A DNA stretch of 64,000 nt from Candidatus Harrisonbacteria bacterium (GTDB lineage: Bacteria; Patescibacteriota; Minisyncoccia; UBA6257; 1-14-0-10-44-23), in the NCBI GenBank assembly GCA_023255625.1, contig JAHFLF010000001.1:94255-158254 (forward strand), written 5' to 3'. Positions 27,151 to 38,539 of the stretch are shown in pieces (position 1 is the stretch's first letter; every line of letters begins with the position of its first letter). The notes beneath the pieces are model-generated. The model saw only the letters and a program-made list of their open reading frames with translations, did not search any database and had not been told where the DNA came from. The position numbers and the translations under genes are program-made.

Positions 27151-27293
27151 AAAACTCGGAAGCAATGCAAAAAAGGATACCAGGAAGATAAAAAAGATGC
27201 AAATTTGGAAATTTATTTTGTCGGGGCGGCGCGCTTCGCGCACCGCCCCGACGACTGCCCGCCTTGGGCGGGCTTACCCCCTGGAGAGCGGAG

Positions 27294-27778
27294 CTACTTC
27301 GGCCGGCTCGGCTCCTCCAGGATGATCGGGAGCCGAACCGCTTCTTCGGACAGAGCCCCGTCCGAGGAATACTCGTACCACTTCGGTCCGCCGCTCCTGA
27401 TACGAATGCCGACGATGCCGCCGTCAGCCGCGATCTCCAGCGGAAACCTGCCGAAGCCCTCATCCTCGTAGACGACCGTCCTGTCTCCGCTTGGCAGCCA
27501 GAGACCCTTCTTCCAGCAGATGACCCATTCGTGGGTCCCGGGCACGGACCAGACATAGAAGGTCGTCGCGGCCTTGTTCGTCTTGGCCATCCGCCGGACC
27601 TCCGAGAGGAAGGTGCAGTGTCCAACGAACTCCGCCGGTAGCTCCTGGACGATCCGCCAGTCCGTCTTCTCCTGTGCCTGCAGCTCGTCGCGCCACTTGC
27701 CCGGCCACACGAAACCGAAGAAGGCCACGACCACTGCAACTCCGAGAATCCTTCCGAACAACGAACTAATGGACATCT
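27294..27778 (-). CDS. hypothetical membrane-anchored protein, high-GC (161 aa)
   Basis: AGGAGG 7 nt before ATG (MSISSLFGRILGVAVVVAFFGF...). Single N-terminal TM. Strongly GC3-biased codons. The overlapping Arg/Ser-rich 228-aa track ORF reads as the wrong frame. Confidence 0.5.
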
Positions 27779-27882
27779 TGAGACCTCCTGCCCCGCGAAA
27801 CCCGCCATGGGCTCGCTTTGGGACAAACTCACCATGCAACTTTTTTAACTTTTTTGCAACCGAGTAGGAAAATACCTTGAAG

Positions 27883-27950
27883 CAGCCAACCGACTCATTC
27901 TCGCGAGAATGTGAGTCCAATTTCTCGCGAAATGAGTCGGTTGGCTGCTA
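27883..27950. promoter_or_regulatory. 68-nt composite perfect palindrome in the divergent region between 27778(-) and dnaE(+)
   Basis: gcagccaaccgactcatt ctcgcgagaa tgtgagtccaat ttctcgcga aatgagtcggttggctgc: 18-bp outer and 9-bp inner inverted repeats. Confidence 0.55.
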
Positions 27951-28160
27951 TACAAAAATTTGCTATACTCTGCATGTTAGTTTCTCGTTTTTTTCTGGAT
28001 TGCCGCGCCCGTCCGCCAGAGGCGGACAAGCTCGCAATGACAGAAAAGAGGAAAAACTAAAATTAAATTATTCTCCTTATGTCCAAGTTCGTACATTTAC
28101 ATACCCCGAACCAGAGCCCGCTGGCACGGTACGGGGCTTCGCTCACTACCTCCTCCCGCT

Positions 28161-31100
28161 ATGAGTAAGTTCGTTCATTTACATACTCATAGTCACTATT
28201 CGTTGCTGGACGGGATGAGTAAAATTCCAGACTTGATTGCTAAAGTCAAAGAGTTAGGAATGACTGCGGTTGCAGTTACTGACCACGGAAATCTTTACGG
28301 TGCCGTTGAATTTTACAAAGAAGCAACTAAAGCCGGCATCAAGCCGATTCTTGGTGTTGAGGCCTATATCGCGCCCGGCGATCACAAAGATAAAAATGCA
28401 GGGGTTGGCGAGGACAAGTATTATCACTTGATTCTTTTGGTTAAAAACGAAACGGGCTGGAAAAATCTACTACAACTGGTGACAGAGTCCTGGCTGCACG
28501 GCTTTTATTATCGCCCGCGCATGGACAAAGCGATGCTACGCGAACGGCACGAAGGACTTATCGCCACTTCAGCGTGTCTGGGCGGCGAACTCTCGCAGCT
28601 TATTTTAAAAAATCAATTAGACGCGGCAGAAAAACTGATTTACGAATATCAAGAAATTTTTGGTAAGGAAAATTTTTATATTGAAATTGGGCGGCATCCA
28701 AAAATTGCTGATATTGAAAAGGTAAATCCGCACCTGATCGCGCTATCAAAGAAAACAGGCGCTCCCCTTGTGGCAACGCAGGACAGCCATTACTTAAATG
28801 CCGATGACAAAGATGTCCATGATATTCTCCTCGCCATCCAAACCGGTAAGAAAGTCAGTGACCCAAAAAAGTTTACGCTGACTGATGACTTTTCGGTAAA
28901 AAGCGGCGAGGAGATGGAAAAAATATTTGCCGATCTACCAGAGGCCATAGAAAACACGACAAAAATCGCCGACCAGTGCACCTTTAAACTTGAGCTCGGC
29001 AAAATTTTGCTACCGAAGTTTGACACGCCCGACGGCAGCGAGTCAAAAGTCTATCTGCGGAAACTTATTGCAGAGCGGACGCAGGAGCGCTATTCGAATC
29101 CGGACGAGATAACCAAACAGCGCATTGAGTACGAACTTGGCATTGTTGAACGCACCGGTTTTGCCGACTACTTTTTAATCGTGCAGGACTTTATTAACTG
29201 GGCCAAGGATCGTGGCGTTGTGGTCGGCCCGGGCCGCGGATCTGCCGCCGGAAGTATCCTCTCCTATATACTCCGTATCACCGACCTTGACCCGATACAC
29301 TACGAACTGCTTTTTGAACGCTTCTTAAACCCGGAACGAATTCAAATGCCGGATATTGACGTGGACATCACCGATGTTCGCCGCGACGAGGTCTTTGGAT
29401 ATCTGAAAGAGCGGTACGGCGAGGACCGAGTTGCCCACATTATTACCTTTGGAACCATGGCTGCGCGTGCCAGTATCCGCGATGTCGGCCGCGCCTTAGA
29501 CATTGAACTCGCCTTCTGCGACCGGCTCGCCAAGCTCATCCCCTTTAATAAAGACCTTGATGAATCACTCGGCGAGGTTAGCGAGCTTGCACAACTGTAT
29601 AAAACTGACGAACGGGCCAAAAAAATTATAGACGCCGCAAAAAAATTAGAGGGTGTTGCCCGCCACGCCTCGGTACACGCCTGCGGCACGGTTATTGCGG
29701 CTGAACCGCTGCCGCTGCGCGTTCCGCTTCAGCATGCGCCACAGGACGAGAATGTAACGCTTACGCAGTTTGAAATGCACTCCATTGAAGACCTAGGTAT
29801 TTTGAAAATTGATATTCTGGGACTTAAAAACCTGACTATAATAGAAGATACGATTCGGCTGGTGCAGGAAAAAACTAGTGAGCTGCTTAATTTGAGCACT
29901 CTGCCGCTTGATGACAAACCAACTTTTGAACTGCTCCAGCGCGCCGACACGGTATCGGTTTTCCAGCTTGAGTCGGGCGGTATGCGGCGGTACTTAAAAG
30001 AATTAAAACCGACCGAGCTAGAAGATATCATCGCAATGGTATCTCTCTACCGACCCGGACCGATGGAACTTATTCCTTCATATATTGCTCGCAAATTTGG
30101 TAAAGAAGCCGTTACTTATCTGCACCCAAAGCTAGAGCCGATCATGAGTAAAACATTTGGCATCGGCATCTACCAGGAGCAGATGATGCGCATCGCCAGC
30201 GACCTGGCCGGCTACACACTTGCAGAGGCCGACACGCTGCGTAAAGCCATTGGTAAAAAAATCAAAAAACTTTTAGACGAGCAGGAGGTTAAACTTGTCC
30301 AGGGCATGATTAAAAATGGTATCCCCGAACGCACCGCGCGCGCTATCTGGGACCTATTTCCGCCATTTGCCCGTTATGGGTTTAACAGAAGTCATAGTGC
30401 ATGTTACGCCATGATCGCCTACCGCACCGCCTACCTCAAGGCACACTACCCAACAGAATTTATGACTGCAGCACTTAACTCCGATAGCAGTGACATTGAT
30501 CGCATCTCATTTTTAATCGGCGAGGCAAAAAAATCTGGCGTGCAAGTGCTCCCGCCGGATATCAACAAGAGCGCGCAAAAATTCGCACCCGAGGGCTCGC
30601 ACATTCGATTTGGCTTAGATGCTGTTAAAAATGTTGGATCCAATATTGTTGCCGCAGTGATTGAGGAGCGAAGCCGTGGTGGTGAGTTTGCAACATTTAA
30701 TGACCTGCTCACCCGCGTGAAACACAAAGATTTAAATAAAAAATCGCTTGAGTCTCTGATTAAATGCGGTGCGCTAGACTCATTTAATATTGAACGCAAC
30801 ACTTTACTCGGCAGCATTGATGAGATTACTAAGTTTGCCCAGACGGCGCGCAAAACAGCAGGCAACGAGACTGGTCAATCAGCCGGACTCTTTGGCGCAA
30901 GCTTTGTCTCAACCGCCGCGCCAAAAGCACTACAACTGAAAGATGCAGCACCGGCCACCAAAAAAGAAAAATTGGCGTGGGAAAAGGAATTGCTCGGCCT
31001 GTATGTTTCAGATCATCCCCTCTCTATGCACGCTGACATGATTGCGACGATGAAACCGTCAAAGATAAAAGATATTTTATTAGAACGATCAAATGTTAAA

Positions 31101-31343
31101 AATTATCGCGTCTGCGGCATGATTAATTCGGTCAAGTCCATCATCACCAAAACCGGTAAGCCGATGTGTTTTGCAAAAGTTGAGGATCATACCGGTTCAG
31201 TCGAAGTTGTGGTATTTTCGGATATATATGTTCAACATCAGCAATGTTTTAAAGAGGGCGCGGTTGTCGTCGTTGTCGGAAAATTAAATTTTAGAAATGG
31301 TGAGGTTTCGCTGGTCGCCGACCAGGTAAAGGAGATACAATAA
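28161..31343 (+). CDS. dnaE: DNA polymerase III alpha subunit
   Basis: PHP domain N-terminus HLHTHSHYSLLDG, polymerase core and OB-fold C-terminus. 1060 aa. Confidence 0.95.
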   Translation: MSKFVHLHTHSHYSLLDGMSKIPDLIAKVKELGMTAVAVTDHGNLYGAVEFYKEATKAGIKPILGVEAYIAPGDHKDKNAGVGEDKYYHLILLVKNETGWKNLLQLVTESWLHGFYYRPRMDKAMLRERHEGLIATSACLGGELSQLILKNQLDAAEKLIYEYQEIFGKENFYIEIGRHPKIADIEKVNPHLIALSKKTGAPLVATQDSHYLNADDKDVHDILLAIQTGKKVSDPKKFTLTDDFSVKSGEEMEKIFADLPEAIENTTKIADQCTFKLELGKILLPKFDTPDGSESKVYLRKLIAERTQERYSNPDEITKQRIEYELGIVERTGFADYFLIVQDFINWAKDRGVVVGPGRGSAAGSILSYILRITDLDPIHYELLFERFLNPERIQMPDIDVDITDVRRDEVFGYLKERYGEDRVAHIITFGTMAARASIRDVGRALDIELAFCDRLAKLIPFNKDLDESLGEVSELAQLYKTDERAKKIIDAAKKLEGVARHASVHACGTVIAAEPLPLRVPLQHAPQDENVTLTQFEMHSIEDLGILKIDILGLKNLTIIEDTIRLVQEKTSELLNLSTLPLDDKPTFELLQRADTVSVFQLESGGMRRYLKELKPTELEDIIAMVSLYRPGPMELIPSYIARKFGKEAVTYLHPKLEPIMSKTFGIGIYQEQMMRIASDLAGYTLAEADTLRKAIGKKIKKLLDEQEVKLVQGMIKNGIPERTARAIWDLFPPFARYGFNRSHSACYAMIAYRTAYLKAHYPTEFMTAALNSDSSDIDRISFLIGEAKKSGVQVLPPDINKSAQKFAPEGSHIRFGLDAVKNVGSNIVAAVIEERSRGGEFATFNDLLTRVKHKDLNKKSLESLIKCGALDSFNIERNTLLGSIDEITKFAQTARKTAGNETGQSAGLFGASFVSTAAPKALQLKDAAPATKKEKLAWEKELLGLYVSDHPLSMHADMIATMKPSKIKDILLERSNVKNYRVCGMINSVKSIITKTGKPMCFAKVEDHTGSVEVVVFSDIYVQHQQCFKEGAVVVVVGKLNFRNGEVSLVADQVKEIQ

Positions 31344-31347
31344 ATTT

Positions 31348-31806
31348 ATGGGAATATTTGATCGACTGGTTAGTCTTGTGGCGAAGAAAAAAATAGAGGA
31401 TCCGGCAGTTGAAACTCCTACCCAGGAGATGGCGGAAATGACTCCGCACGAAGAAATTCCGACTGCAAAAGAAATGCCAGAAGATTTAAGGACCGCCGAA
31501 TATACACCCGCGGAGCGTTTTTATAGCGCGGTATATGAGATTGCCGCCACGCTCGGAGGCCGGGTCGTTGACAAAGCCGGACCCATACTTGTTGGAGTAG
31601 GATTCAAAAACCAGGAGGATGTTGAGGCATATTACGAATTCTTAAAACGAAACACTTTTTTGAGAGAAAAAGGAGTTAAAATAGATTTTGAAAATGACTT
31701 CCGTCAAATAGGTGTTCAGGATGACCTGGCGGTTGGCGAGGTCCGATGGATGCGGGGCGGCGGAGAATTTCCTTGGGTCGTGCGCTTTAAACCAAACTGG
31801 GATTAG
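31348..31806 (+). CDS. hypothetical protein (152 aa)
   Basis: Clean ORF starting 4 nt after the dnaE stop. No assignable motif. Confidence 0.45.
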   Translation: MGIFDRLVSLVAKKKIEDPAVETPTQEMAEMTPHEEIPTAKEMPEDLRTAEYTPAERFYSAVYEIAATLGGRVVDKAGPILVGVGFKNQEDVEAYYEFLKRNTFLREKGVKIDFENDFRQIGVQDDLAVGEVRWMRGGGEFPWVVRFKPNWD

Positions 31807-31832
31807 AGTATAATACATAAACTTTCAACTGT

Positions 31833-33581
31833 ATGGACTCACATCAAAATCTAGACGGAATCAGACATACCCTAGCCCATCTGCTCGCCGCTACCGTGCG
31901 GGATCTTTACCCCGGCGCGCAAAACGCCATCGGCCCGGCAATCGAAAACGGTTTTTACCAGGACTTTGAGCTGCCCGCGCCCATTTCTGACGCGGATCTG
32001 CAAAAAATCGAAAACAAAATGCGCGCCAAGCTCAAGCACTGGACCAGGTCCGAAAAGCGCGAAGTGAGTATCGAAGAGGCGCTCAAAGAGTTCTCGTGGA
32101 ACAAATATAAAACCGAGCTGATTAATGATTTTGCTAAAGAAGGCAAAACCATCACCTTCTACACGCTCGGCGACTTTGTCGATCTCTGCAAAGGCGGCCA
32201 CTCCTCTAACCCGGCAAAAGAAGTCGATCCGACCGCTTTCAAACTAACCAAACTTGCCGGCGCCTACTGGCGCGGCGACGAAAAAAAGGCGCAACTCACC
32301 CGTATCTACGGCGTAGCTTTTTCTAGCAAGACTGAACTCGACGGTTACCTCACCATGATGGCGGAAGCGGAAAAGCGCGACCACAAAAAACTCGGGCCGG
32401 CCCTAGACCTGTTTGTCTTTTCGGACTTAGTTGGTTCCGGGCTACCATTGTGGACGCCAAAGGGAACAATGCTGCGCAATACGCTTGATAATTTTGTTTG
32501 GGCACTACGACATGAAGCTGGATATGAAAAGGTAGAAGTTCCGCACATTACAAAGAAAGAGCTCTACATAACCAGCGGGCATTGGGATAAATACAAGGAC
32601 GATTTATTTAAAATAAATACTCGCGAGGGACATGTGTTTGCGATGAAGCCAATGAACTGCCCGCACCACACGCAAATTTATAATCGTAAGCAGTGGAGCT
32701 ACCGAGAGCTTCCCCAACGATATTGTAATACAACGACCTGTTACCGCGACGAACAAACCGGTGAGCTTTCAGGGCTTTCAAGAGTGCGTGCTTTTGCTCA
32801 AGACGATGCTCATGTTTTTTGCCGTATATCGCAAGCGAAAGAAGAACTGCAAAAAATTTGGAATATTGTACATGTCTTTTATGGCGCCTTCGGGATGCCG
32901 CTGAGACTTCGCCTCTCCCTGCGCGATCCGGCGCATCCGGAAAAATATCTCGGCAATCAGGAACACTGGGACAAGGCTGAAAAAATATTGCGAGAAATCG
33001 CGAAAGAAAATAAAACCGAATACTTTGAAGCTCCGGGCGAGGCAGCCTTTTATGCACCAAAATTAGACTTTTTGGCAAAAGATTCAATTGGGCGCGAGTG
33101 GCAGGTTGCCACAATCCAACTCGATGTTAATATGCCAGAACGCTTTGATCTTACATGCATTGCCGAAGACGGCTCCAAAGAACGAATTGTTATGCTTCAT
33201 GCAGCAATCATGGGCTCTATCGAAAGATTTCTATCAGTGCTTATAGAACACACTGCTGGCCACTTCCCTCTCTGGCTTAGTCCGGTGCAGGCCCGCATTA
33301 TCGCCGTGTCAGAAAAATTCCAAAACTATGGCGAGGAGATTTTAAAACAGCTCAAAGCCGCCGGAATACGCGCAGAGCTCGCCGACTCAAATGAAACTCT
33401 TGGCAAACGGATCCGTGCCGCGCAAGTGGAAAAAATTCCGTATGTCTTAGTTGTTGGCGAGAAAGAGGTTGAGGCAAAGACAGTTTCCGTCAGACATCAT
33501 AAGAGGGGCGACGATGGCGCGCCAACCCTCTCCGAACTCATCCAAAAAATGCAAAAAGAAATTGTCGAAAAATCTCAATAA
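31833..33581 (+). CDS. thrS: Threonyl-tRNA synthetase (short form without N-terminal TGS domain)
   Basis: Class II motifs: DHKKLGPALDLF, FAMKPMNCPHHTQIY, C-terminal anticodon-binding domain. Confidence 0.9.
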   Translation: MDSHQNLDGIRHTLAHLLAATVRDLYPGAQNAIGPAIENGFYQDFELPAPISDADLQKIENKMRAKLKHWTRSEKREVSIEEALKEFSWNKYKTELINDFAKEGKTITFYTLGDFVDLCKGGHSSNPAKEVDPTAFKLTKLAGAYWRGDEKKAQLTRIYGVAFSSKTELDGYLTMMAEAEKRDHKKLGPALDLFVFSDLVGSGLPLWTPKGTMLRNTLDNFVWALRHEAGYEKVEVPHITKKELYITSGHWDKYKDDLFKINTREGHVFAMKPMNCPHHTQIYNRKQWSYRELPQRYCNTTTCYRDEQTGELSGLSRVRAFAQDDAHVFCRISQAKEELQKIWNIVHVFYGAFGMPLRLRLSLRDPAHPEKYLGNQEHWDKAEKILREIAKENKTEYFEAPGEAAFYAPKLDFLAKDSIGREWQVATIQLDVNMPERFDLTCIAEDGSKERIVMLHAAIMGSIERFLSVLIEHTAGHFPLWLSPVQARIIAVSEKFQNYGEEILKQLKAAGIRAELADSNETLGKRIRAAQVEKIPYVLVVGEKEVEAKTVSVRHHKRGDDGAPTLSELIQKMQKEIVEKSQ

Positions 33582-33586
33582 ATGCC

Positions 33587-33620
33587 GAAGGGTCGTCCGT
33601 AGACGACCCTCGGTGCTCGC
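33587..33620. terminator. terminator-like 12-bp hairpin after thrS
   Basis: ccgaagggtcgtc cgta gacgaccctcgg. Confidence 0.45.
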
Positions 33621-33689
33621 CGGATTTTGCCGACGACGCACGGACTAGCCGTACGATTTTCATGACGAATCCAACATCTCTACCTCCTT

Positions 33690-34001
33690 CTAGAAAAGAA
33701 TCTCCTCGACTTGGAAGATCTGGAAGCGCCTTGTGGTGGCGTAGTCCCCCTCTAGCATCAGGAGGCCGTCACCAATCTGCGGATTAAAGTCTCCGCAGTG
33801 AAGAGGTTGCCCCTGCTCAAGGATTCCGAGAGAGGGCTTCAATCGCTGACACACATCGAAGGTATTGTCTTGCACTGCGTGAAGCTCGTGCTCGTGCAGA
33901 CTACCTCGAATGTGCGCCCTCCCAATTGAACCAACCCTGAGGAGCAAATCCCCAAAGAGCGGGCGCAGCTTAGGAGTTACTGCTATGATCCAAAGTCTCA
34001 T
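33690..34001 (-). CDS. hypothetical protein, high-GC (103 aa)
   Basis: AGGAGG tgcc ATG start (MRLWIIAVTPKL). Part of a three-gene GC-rich island. Confidence 0.4.
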   Translation of the reverse strand: MRLWIIAVTPKLRPLFGDLLLRVGSIGRAHIRGSLHEHELHAVQDNTFDVCQRLKPSLGILEQGQPLHCGDFNPQIGDGLLMLEGDYATTRRFQIFQVEEILF

Positions 34002-34329
34002 GGCACCTCCTGGTTTCGTGGAAGAACATCTCCTCGTGTCTGGTATCTAGTTCGACGACCACCAGAACACTGGAGCAAGTGGTTCGTTCCGCGCGTCTTC
34101 CTTCGCGCGATACCATGGGCAGCTTCTCTTTAGACTGCAGCCGAGCGATCACTCGCCAAGCCGCCGCATCTTGTCGTTCGTAGAGCACGACCGCCCTCGT
34201 CCCGACAAGCTGCTTGAGCTCGGCCACCGTGACTGCACCACAGAAACCGACGCCGCACGAGTGTCCTGGTGCAACTCGTCCGCTATCTCCTCGTTGAGTG
34301 ACAAGCCAAAACAACGCCGCCTCTTCCAT
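33970..34329 (-). CDS. hypothetical protein, high-GC (119 aa)
   Basis: GGAGGAG ttc ATG start. Overlaps the downstream gene by 32 nt. Confidence 0.4.
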   Translation of the reverse strand: MEEAALFWLVTQRGDSGRVAPGHSCGVGFCGAVTVAELKQLVGTRAVVLYERQDAAAWRVIARLQSKEKLPMVSREGRRAERTTCSSVLVVVELDTRHEEMFFHETRRCHETLDHSSNS

Positions 34330-34342
34330 GAACTCCTCCCTC

Positions 34343-34727
34343 CTACTTTGTCTTCATGAGACTCTGTGCGAGAAGAGGGGGTGGCCCATCGCCGTACACC
34401 GCCCAGTCCAGCGGAAAGACCTTGCCTGCTCCCTCTGGACTCACCGTGAAGATGACGAGAAGACCGGGTTCTGCCTTGCCGACGATCTGCGCCGCAACTA
34501 CCGCACTGGACCCGCGTGGAACATCCAGCGGATACCCCTTGAACTGCGATATCGAGCCCGTGACGAGCCCGCTATACGGCTGGCTGATCGTCACCTCGCC
34601 CTTCTTGGCCGGCTTTGGCTTCTGCTCATCCAACTGCTTGCGCAGACGAACATTCTCCTCATTGAGAAAGAGCGCTGCGAGAAACGCTCCGACAGCGAAC
34701 ACTCCGACGACCACCATTAGATCGCCT
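34343..34727 (-). CDS. hypothetical membrane-anchored protein, high-GC (~128 aa)
   Basis: AAGGAGG then GTG start (VKDITGDLMVVVGVFAVGAFLAALF...). N-terminal TM then coiled segment. Confidence 0.4.
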
Positions 34728-34919
34728 GTAATGTCTTTCACGATTGCCTCCTTACCGAAACGACAATGCGCCGTTTGGAAAATCAGAATATAATATTTTT
34801 TATATTTAGTCAATTTTCCCAGTTGCACTACGGCTAATTTTTTGCTAAAATATATCTATCGTTTTTAAATTTCTCTTACGCATTAACCGACTAACTGTCG
34901 ACCGACTAACCGACTAACT

Positions 34920-35564
34920 ATGCTGATTAACTGGTACGGCGAAGGATGTTTTAAAATTGTTGAAAATGGCGTGACGATAATGACCGACCCGGTTGAATCA
35001 TACACCGGGCTTTCTGCGCCGCGTTTTAAGACTGACATCATTCTCAAGACAATTATGAACCCGCTTACACCGGAGGACGAAAAACCGGTTTCGGCCAATG
35101 CTGTATCTGGCGAGGAGGCAGCGATGATGATCGCCGGCCCCGGCGAATACGAAGCAAAAGGAATTCAAATCCTGGGCTGGCCGCTGACCAAAAGCGGCGA
35201 TAAAGATGTACTGCGCAGCATTTTCAAAATCAAAACTGACGATCTCTCGGTAGGGCTCCTTGGCCACTTGGCCGATTTTAATGATCCGGAAATTTTAGAG
35301 GAGCTCGGCGAGGTTGATATTTTGATTGTACCGGCCGGCGGCGCACCTTATATAGCGCAAGATGCAGCGGCAAAACTAATCCGGCAAATTGCGCCAAAAT
35401 TAGTTATCCCCTGTTTCTTTAAAGTCCCGGGGCTGAAACGCAAAAGCGATGATGCTACAGAATTTCTCAAACAACTTGGCATGAAAAGCGTCCCGACTGA
35501 AAAAATATCAATTAAAAAGAAAGAGTTGGGAGAAAAAATGCAGGTCGCGGTTCTGACTCTTTAA
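34920..35564 (+). CDS. MBL-fold metal-dependent hydrolase (UPF0173-like)
   Basis: N-terminal ...GEGCFKIVENGVTIMTDP... and overall beta-lactamase-fold pattern with HxHxDH-equivalent region. Confidence 0.6.
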   Translation: MLINWYGEGCFKIVENGVTIMTDPVESYTGLSAPRFKTDIILKTIMNPLTPEDEKPVSANAVSGEEAAMMIAGPGEYEAKGIQILGWPLTKSGDKDVLRSIFKIKTDDLSVGLLGHLADFNDPEILEELGEVDILIVPAGGAPYIAQDAAAKLIRQIAPKLVIPCFFKVPGLKRKSDDATEFLKQLGMKSVPTEKISIKKKELGEKMQVAVLTL

Positions 35565-35568
35565 GCCG

Positions 35569-35883
35569 ATGCGCAAATTCATCAAACATATTCAGGGACA
35601 GGAGTACGAGCAGAGAAAAAGATGGCTCATTCTACTTTGTACGATCGCCGGATTATTGGTTATCGGAATCTGGATCCTTTCAATGCGTGCGCTGAATTCA
35701 GATGTAGTCGGAAAATCTGAAACAGCAACAACAGAAAACGGCCAGGCCAGCACGCTAGAGTCGCTGGGCCAAAAAATAAAAGCCGGTTGGAACAAGGCCA
35801 AGGCAGATATCTCGAGCACAGTGATAGAATTTAAAAAAGCCGCCAGCAGCACTCAATTTGAAGCCGAAGCCCCTAATCCTTAA
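35569..35883 (+). CDS. hypothetical membrane-anchored protein (104 aa)
   Basis: Single TM after MRKFIKHIQGQEYEQRKRW. Confidence 0.4.
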   Translation: MRKFIKHIQGQEYEQRKRWLILLCTIAGLLVIGIWILSMRALNSDVVGKSETATTENGQASTLESLGQKIKAGWNKAKADISSTVIEFKKAASSTQFEAEAPNP

Positions 35884-35901
35884 TTCATAATTTCTACCCA
35901 G

Positions 35902-38400
35902 ATGGACGAAGAACCAAAAGCAAAAAATAACGCGATCGAGCAGCGGGAAATCACCGATGAGCTAAAAGAAAGCTATCTGGACTATGCCATGAGCGTGATT
36001 GTCGCCCGTGCTCTGCCAGATGTGCGCGACGGCTTAAAGCCGGTGCAGCGCCGGATTCTCTGGGGCATGTGGGACTCGGGCGTAACCGCTGATGCCAAAT
36101 TCCGAAAATCAGCCGACATCGTCGGCGAGGTCATGGGTAAATACCACCCGCACGGCGACTCTTCTATTTACCAAACCATTGTCCGGATGGTTCAGGATTT
36201 TAGTTTCCGTTATCCGCTCTGTATCGGCCAGGGTAATTGGGGTTCGGTAGATGGCGACGAGGCCGCGGCTTATCGTTACACTGAAACCAAACTTGCCCGC
36301 GTGGCCGAGGCGCTACTGGCTGATATTGATAAAGACACTGTGGACTGGACGCCAAACTATTCCGGCACCAAGCAGGAACCAAAATTTTTACCAACTAAAA
36401 TCCCGAGTCTTTTGCTAAACGGTACAGCCGGTATCGCCGTCGGCATGGCCACCAACATTCCGCCACACAATCTGGGCGAGGTTGTTGATGCAACTTTACA
36501 CCTGGCCGATAACCCGAAGGCAACGACCGAGGATCTGACTGAATTTATCAAAGGGCCGGACTTCCCGACCGGCGGCGTCATTTATAATAAAAAAGATATT
36601 TTAGAGTGTTACACCACCGGCCGCGGCCCAATCACCATGCGTGGCGTCGCGGAAATCCGCGAGCGAAAAGGCGCTAAGGGCTTTGATATCGAGGTTACAG
36701 AAATCCCCTACCAAGTTAATAAAAGCGAACTGCTGATGCGCATGGCCGAGCTCGTACAGGAGAAAAAAATCGAGGGCGTACGCGACATCCGCGACGAGAG
36801 CGATAAAAACGGCATGAGCATCGTCATCGAGCTTAAAAATGATGCCAATCCGCAAAAAATCCTGAATCAACTTTTTGAATATACTGATTTGCAGAAAAAC
36901 TTTGCCGTGAACATGGTGGCGCTAACCGACGGCGGATTGCAACCGCAAACTATGTCGTTACGCGATATGCTGGCGGCATTTTTAGATCACCGCAAATTAG
37001 TGGTTAAGCGCCGCGGCGAACACGACCTGCGCAAAGCCAAAGAACGCGAACACATTTTGGAGGGACTGGAAAAAGCGCTTTCGGCAATCGACAAAATCAT
37101 CGCCCTGATCCGCAAATCCGACAGCCGCGAAGAGGCGCACGGCAACTTAATGAAGCAGTTCAAATTCAGCGCTTTGCAGGCAAATGCAATTTTGGAAACC
37201 AAACTGGCGACTCTTGCGCACCTGGAAAGATATAAAATAGAAGAGGAATTGAAAGAAAAACGAAAACTGATTGCCGAACTAGAAGCGCTCTTAAAAAGCA
37301 CGGCAAAAATTCTGGCCGTTATTAAAGAAGAACTAAAAGAAGTCCGGGAACGATTTGGCGACGAGCGACGTACGCGCGTTGTAGCCGGCGGCATAAAGGA
37401 CTTCTCCGAAGAAGACCTGATTGCCAACGAGGAGACGATTATCACGCTTAGCCAGAGCGGCTACATCAAGCGCGTTGCGCCAAGCAGCTTTAAAGTGCAA
37501 AACCGCGGCGGCAAGGGGCTCATCGGCTCCGATGTTGCCGACGACGACTTTATTTCTCAAATCAACTTTGCCCACACGCACGACAACCTGCTCTTCTTTA
37601 CCGACCGCGGTCGCGTCTTCCAAACCAAAGTCTGGGAATTGCCGGCGGCCAGCCGCCAGAGCAAGGGCAAGCCGGTGCACAACTTCCTGGAGATGCCGCT
37701 TGAAGAAAAAGTAAATGCGATTATTACATATCCGAGCGACTTAGGACAAAGGACTAAGGACAAAGGACAGGATGCAAAGTCCTCGGTTCTAAGTTCTATG
37801 TTCTTAGTTATGAGTACAGTCCGCGGCATGATTAAGAAAACGCCGCTGGCCGATTTTGGCAATGTTCGCCGCTCTGGCATTATCGCAATCGGGCTACACA
37901 AAGACGACACTCTGCAGTGGGTTAAACTATCAACTGGTACTGATGAAATAATCATTACGACTCACGACGGCCAGTCAATTCGCTTCCCGGAAAAACAGGC
38001 ACGCTCGATGGGCCGCTCCGCCGCGGGCGTTACCGCGATCAAGCTCAAGGGCAAAGATTTTGTCAGTTCGATGAATGTCATCACAAAGGAGCAGGAAAAA
38101 GAATGTAAGTTGCTCGTGGTGATGAGCAACGGTTATGGCAAACAAACTCCGCTTGGCCAATACCGCCTGCAAAGCCGTGGCGGATCAGGCATCAAAACCG
38201 CCGAGGTTACAGCCAAAACCGGCGCCGTTATGGACGCGCGAATAGTTTCAAATGAAAAAGAACTGATCGCACTTTCAGCCAAGGGCCAGGTTATCCGAAC
38301 TGATATTGGCTCAATCCGAACCGCCTCGCGTGCCACGCAGGGTGTCCGAATTATGAATGTGGAAAGTGGCGACCATGTAATTGGAATCATCTGCTTCTAG
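35902..38400 (+). CDS. gyrA: DNA gyrase subunit A
   Basis: [25 protein letters not shown], active-site Tyr region, YHPHGD QRDR-like motif, C-terminal beta-pinwheel repeats. Confidence 0.95.
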   Translation: MDEEPKAKNNAIEQREITDELKESYLDYAMSVIVARALPDVRDGLKPVQRRILWGMWDSGVTADAKFRKSADIVGEVMGKYHPHGDSSIYQTIVRMVQDFSFRYPLCIGQGNWGSVDGDEAAAYRYTETKLARVAEALLADIDKDTVDWTPNYSGTKQEPKFLPTKIPSLLLNGTAGIAVGMATNIPPHNLGEVVDATLHLADNPKATTEDLTEFIKGPDFPTGGVIYNKKDILECYTTGRGPITMRGVAEIRERKGAKGFDIEVTEIPYQVNKSELLMRMAELVQEKKIEGVRDIRDESDKNGMSIVIELKNDANPQKILNQLFEYTDLQKNFAVNMVALTDGGLQPQTMSLRDMLAAFLDHRKLVVKRRGEHDLRKAKEREHILEGLEKALSAIDKIIALIRKSDSREEAHGNLMKQFKFSALQANAILETKLATLAHLERYKIEEELKEKRKLIAELEALLKSTAKILAVIKEELKEVRERFGDERRTRVVAGGIKDFSEEDLIANEETIITLSQSGYIKRVAPSSFKVQNRGGKGLIGSDVADDDFISQINFAHTHDNLLFFTDRGRVFQTKVWELPAASRQSKGKPVHNFLEMPLEEKVNAIITYPSDLGQRTKDKGQDAKSSVLSSMFLVMSTVRGMIKKTPLADFGNVRRSGIIAIGLHKDDTLQWVKLSTGTDEIIITTHDGQSIRFPEKQARSMGRSAAGVTAIKLKGKDFVSSMNVITKEQEKECKLLVVMSNGYGKQTPLGQYRLQSRGGSGIKTAEVTAKTGAVMDARIVSNEKELIALSAKGQVIRTDIGSIRTASRATQGVRIMNVESGDHVIGIICF

Positions 38401-38417
38401 GGCACAAATATCGCAGA

Positions 38418-38510
38418 TTTGCTTTTTAGAGGGACTCTCGGAGCGCGACGGCGCGAGAGCGAGGGCAATTTTTCAGCAGAAAAATATGCCTGTGCCCTCT
38501 AAAAAGCAAA
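38418..38510. repeat. Hairpin-core element copy 1: conserved ~60-nt core inside a 17-bp palindrome, at the gyrA 3' end
   Basis: ttgctttttagagggac [ctctcggagcgcgacggcgcgagagcgagggcaatttttcagcagaaaaatatgcct] gtgccctctaaaaagcaa. Core shared with copies at 46073-46195, 51268-51370, 61125-61245. Confidence 0.7.
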
Positions 38511-38521
38511 GCTGCGATATT

Positions 38522-38536
38522 TGTGGTATCATAAAT
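38522..38536 (+). promoter_or_regulatory. tgtggtatcataaat motif (variant of a recurring extended -10-like box)
   Basis: Same tgtggtatactaaat motif occurs at 43746 and 53543. Here it is only ~4 nt before the ATG, which would imply a leaderless transcript. Confidence 0.25.
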
Positions 38537-38539
38537 TCT

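Noticed and set aside
27149-27835. 228-aa Arg/Ser/Gly-rich ORF (and other overlapping ORFs at 27205-27867)
   Set aside because: Typical wrong-frame reading of high-GC DNA. The alternative frame (27294..27778) has an AGGAGG RBS, a TM helix and sensible composition.
38381-38539. N-terminal extension of the 490-aa ORF (MESSASRAQ...IFQQKNMP...)
   Set aside because: Runs straight through the hairpin-core repeat element. The same IFQQKNMP peptide appears in a spurious ORF over copy 4 (61059..61271), so it is repeat DNA, not coding.
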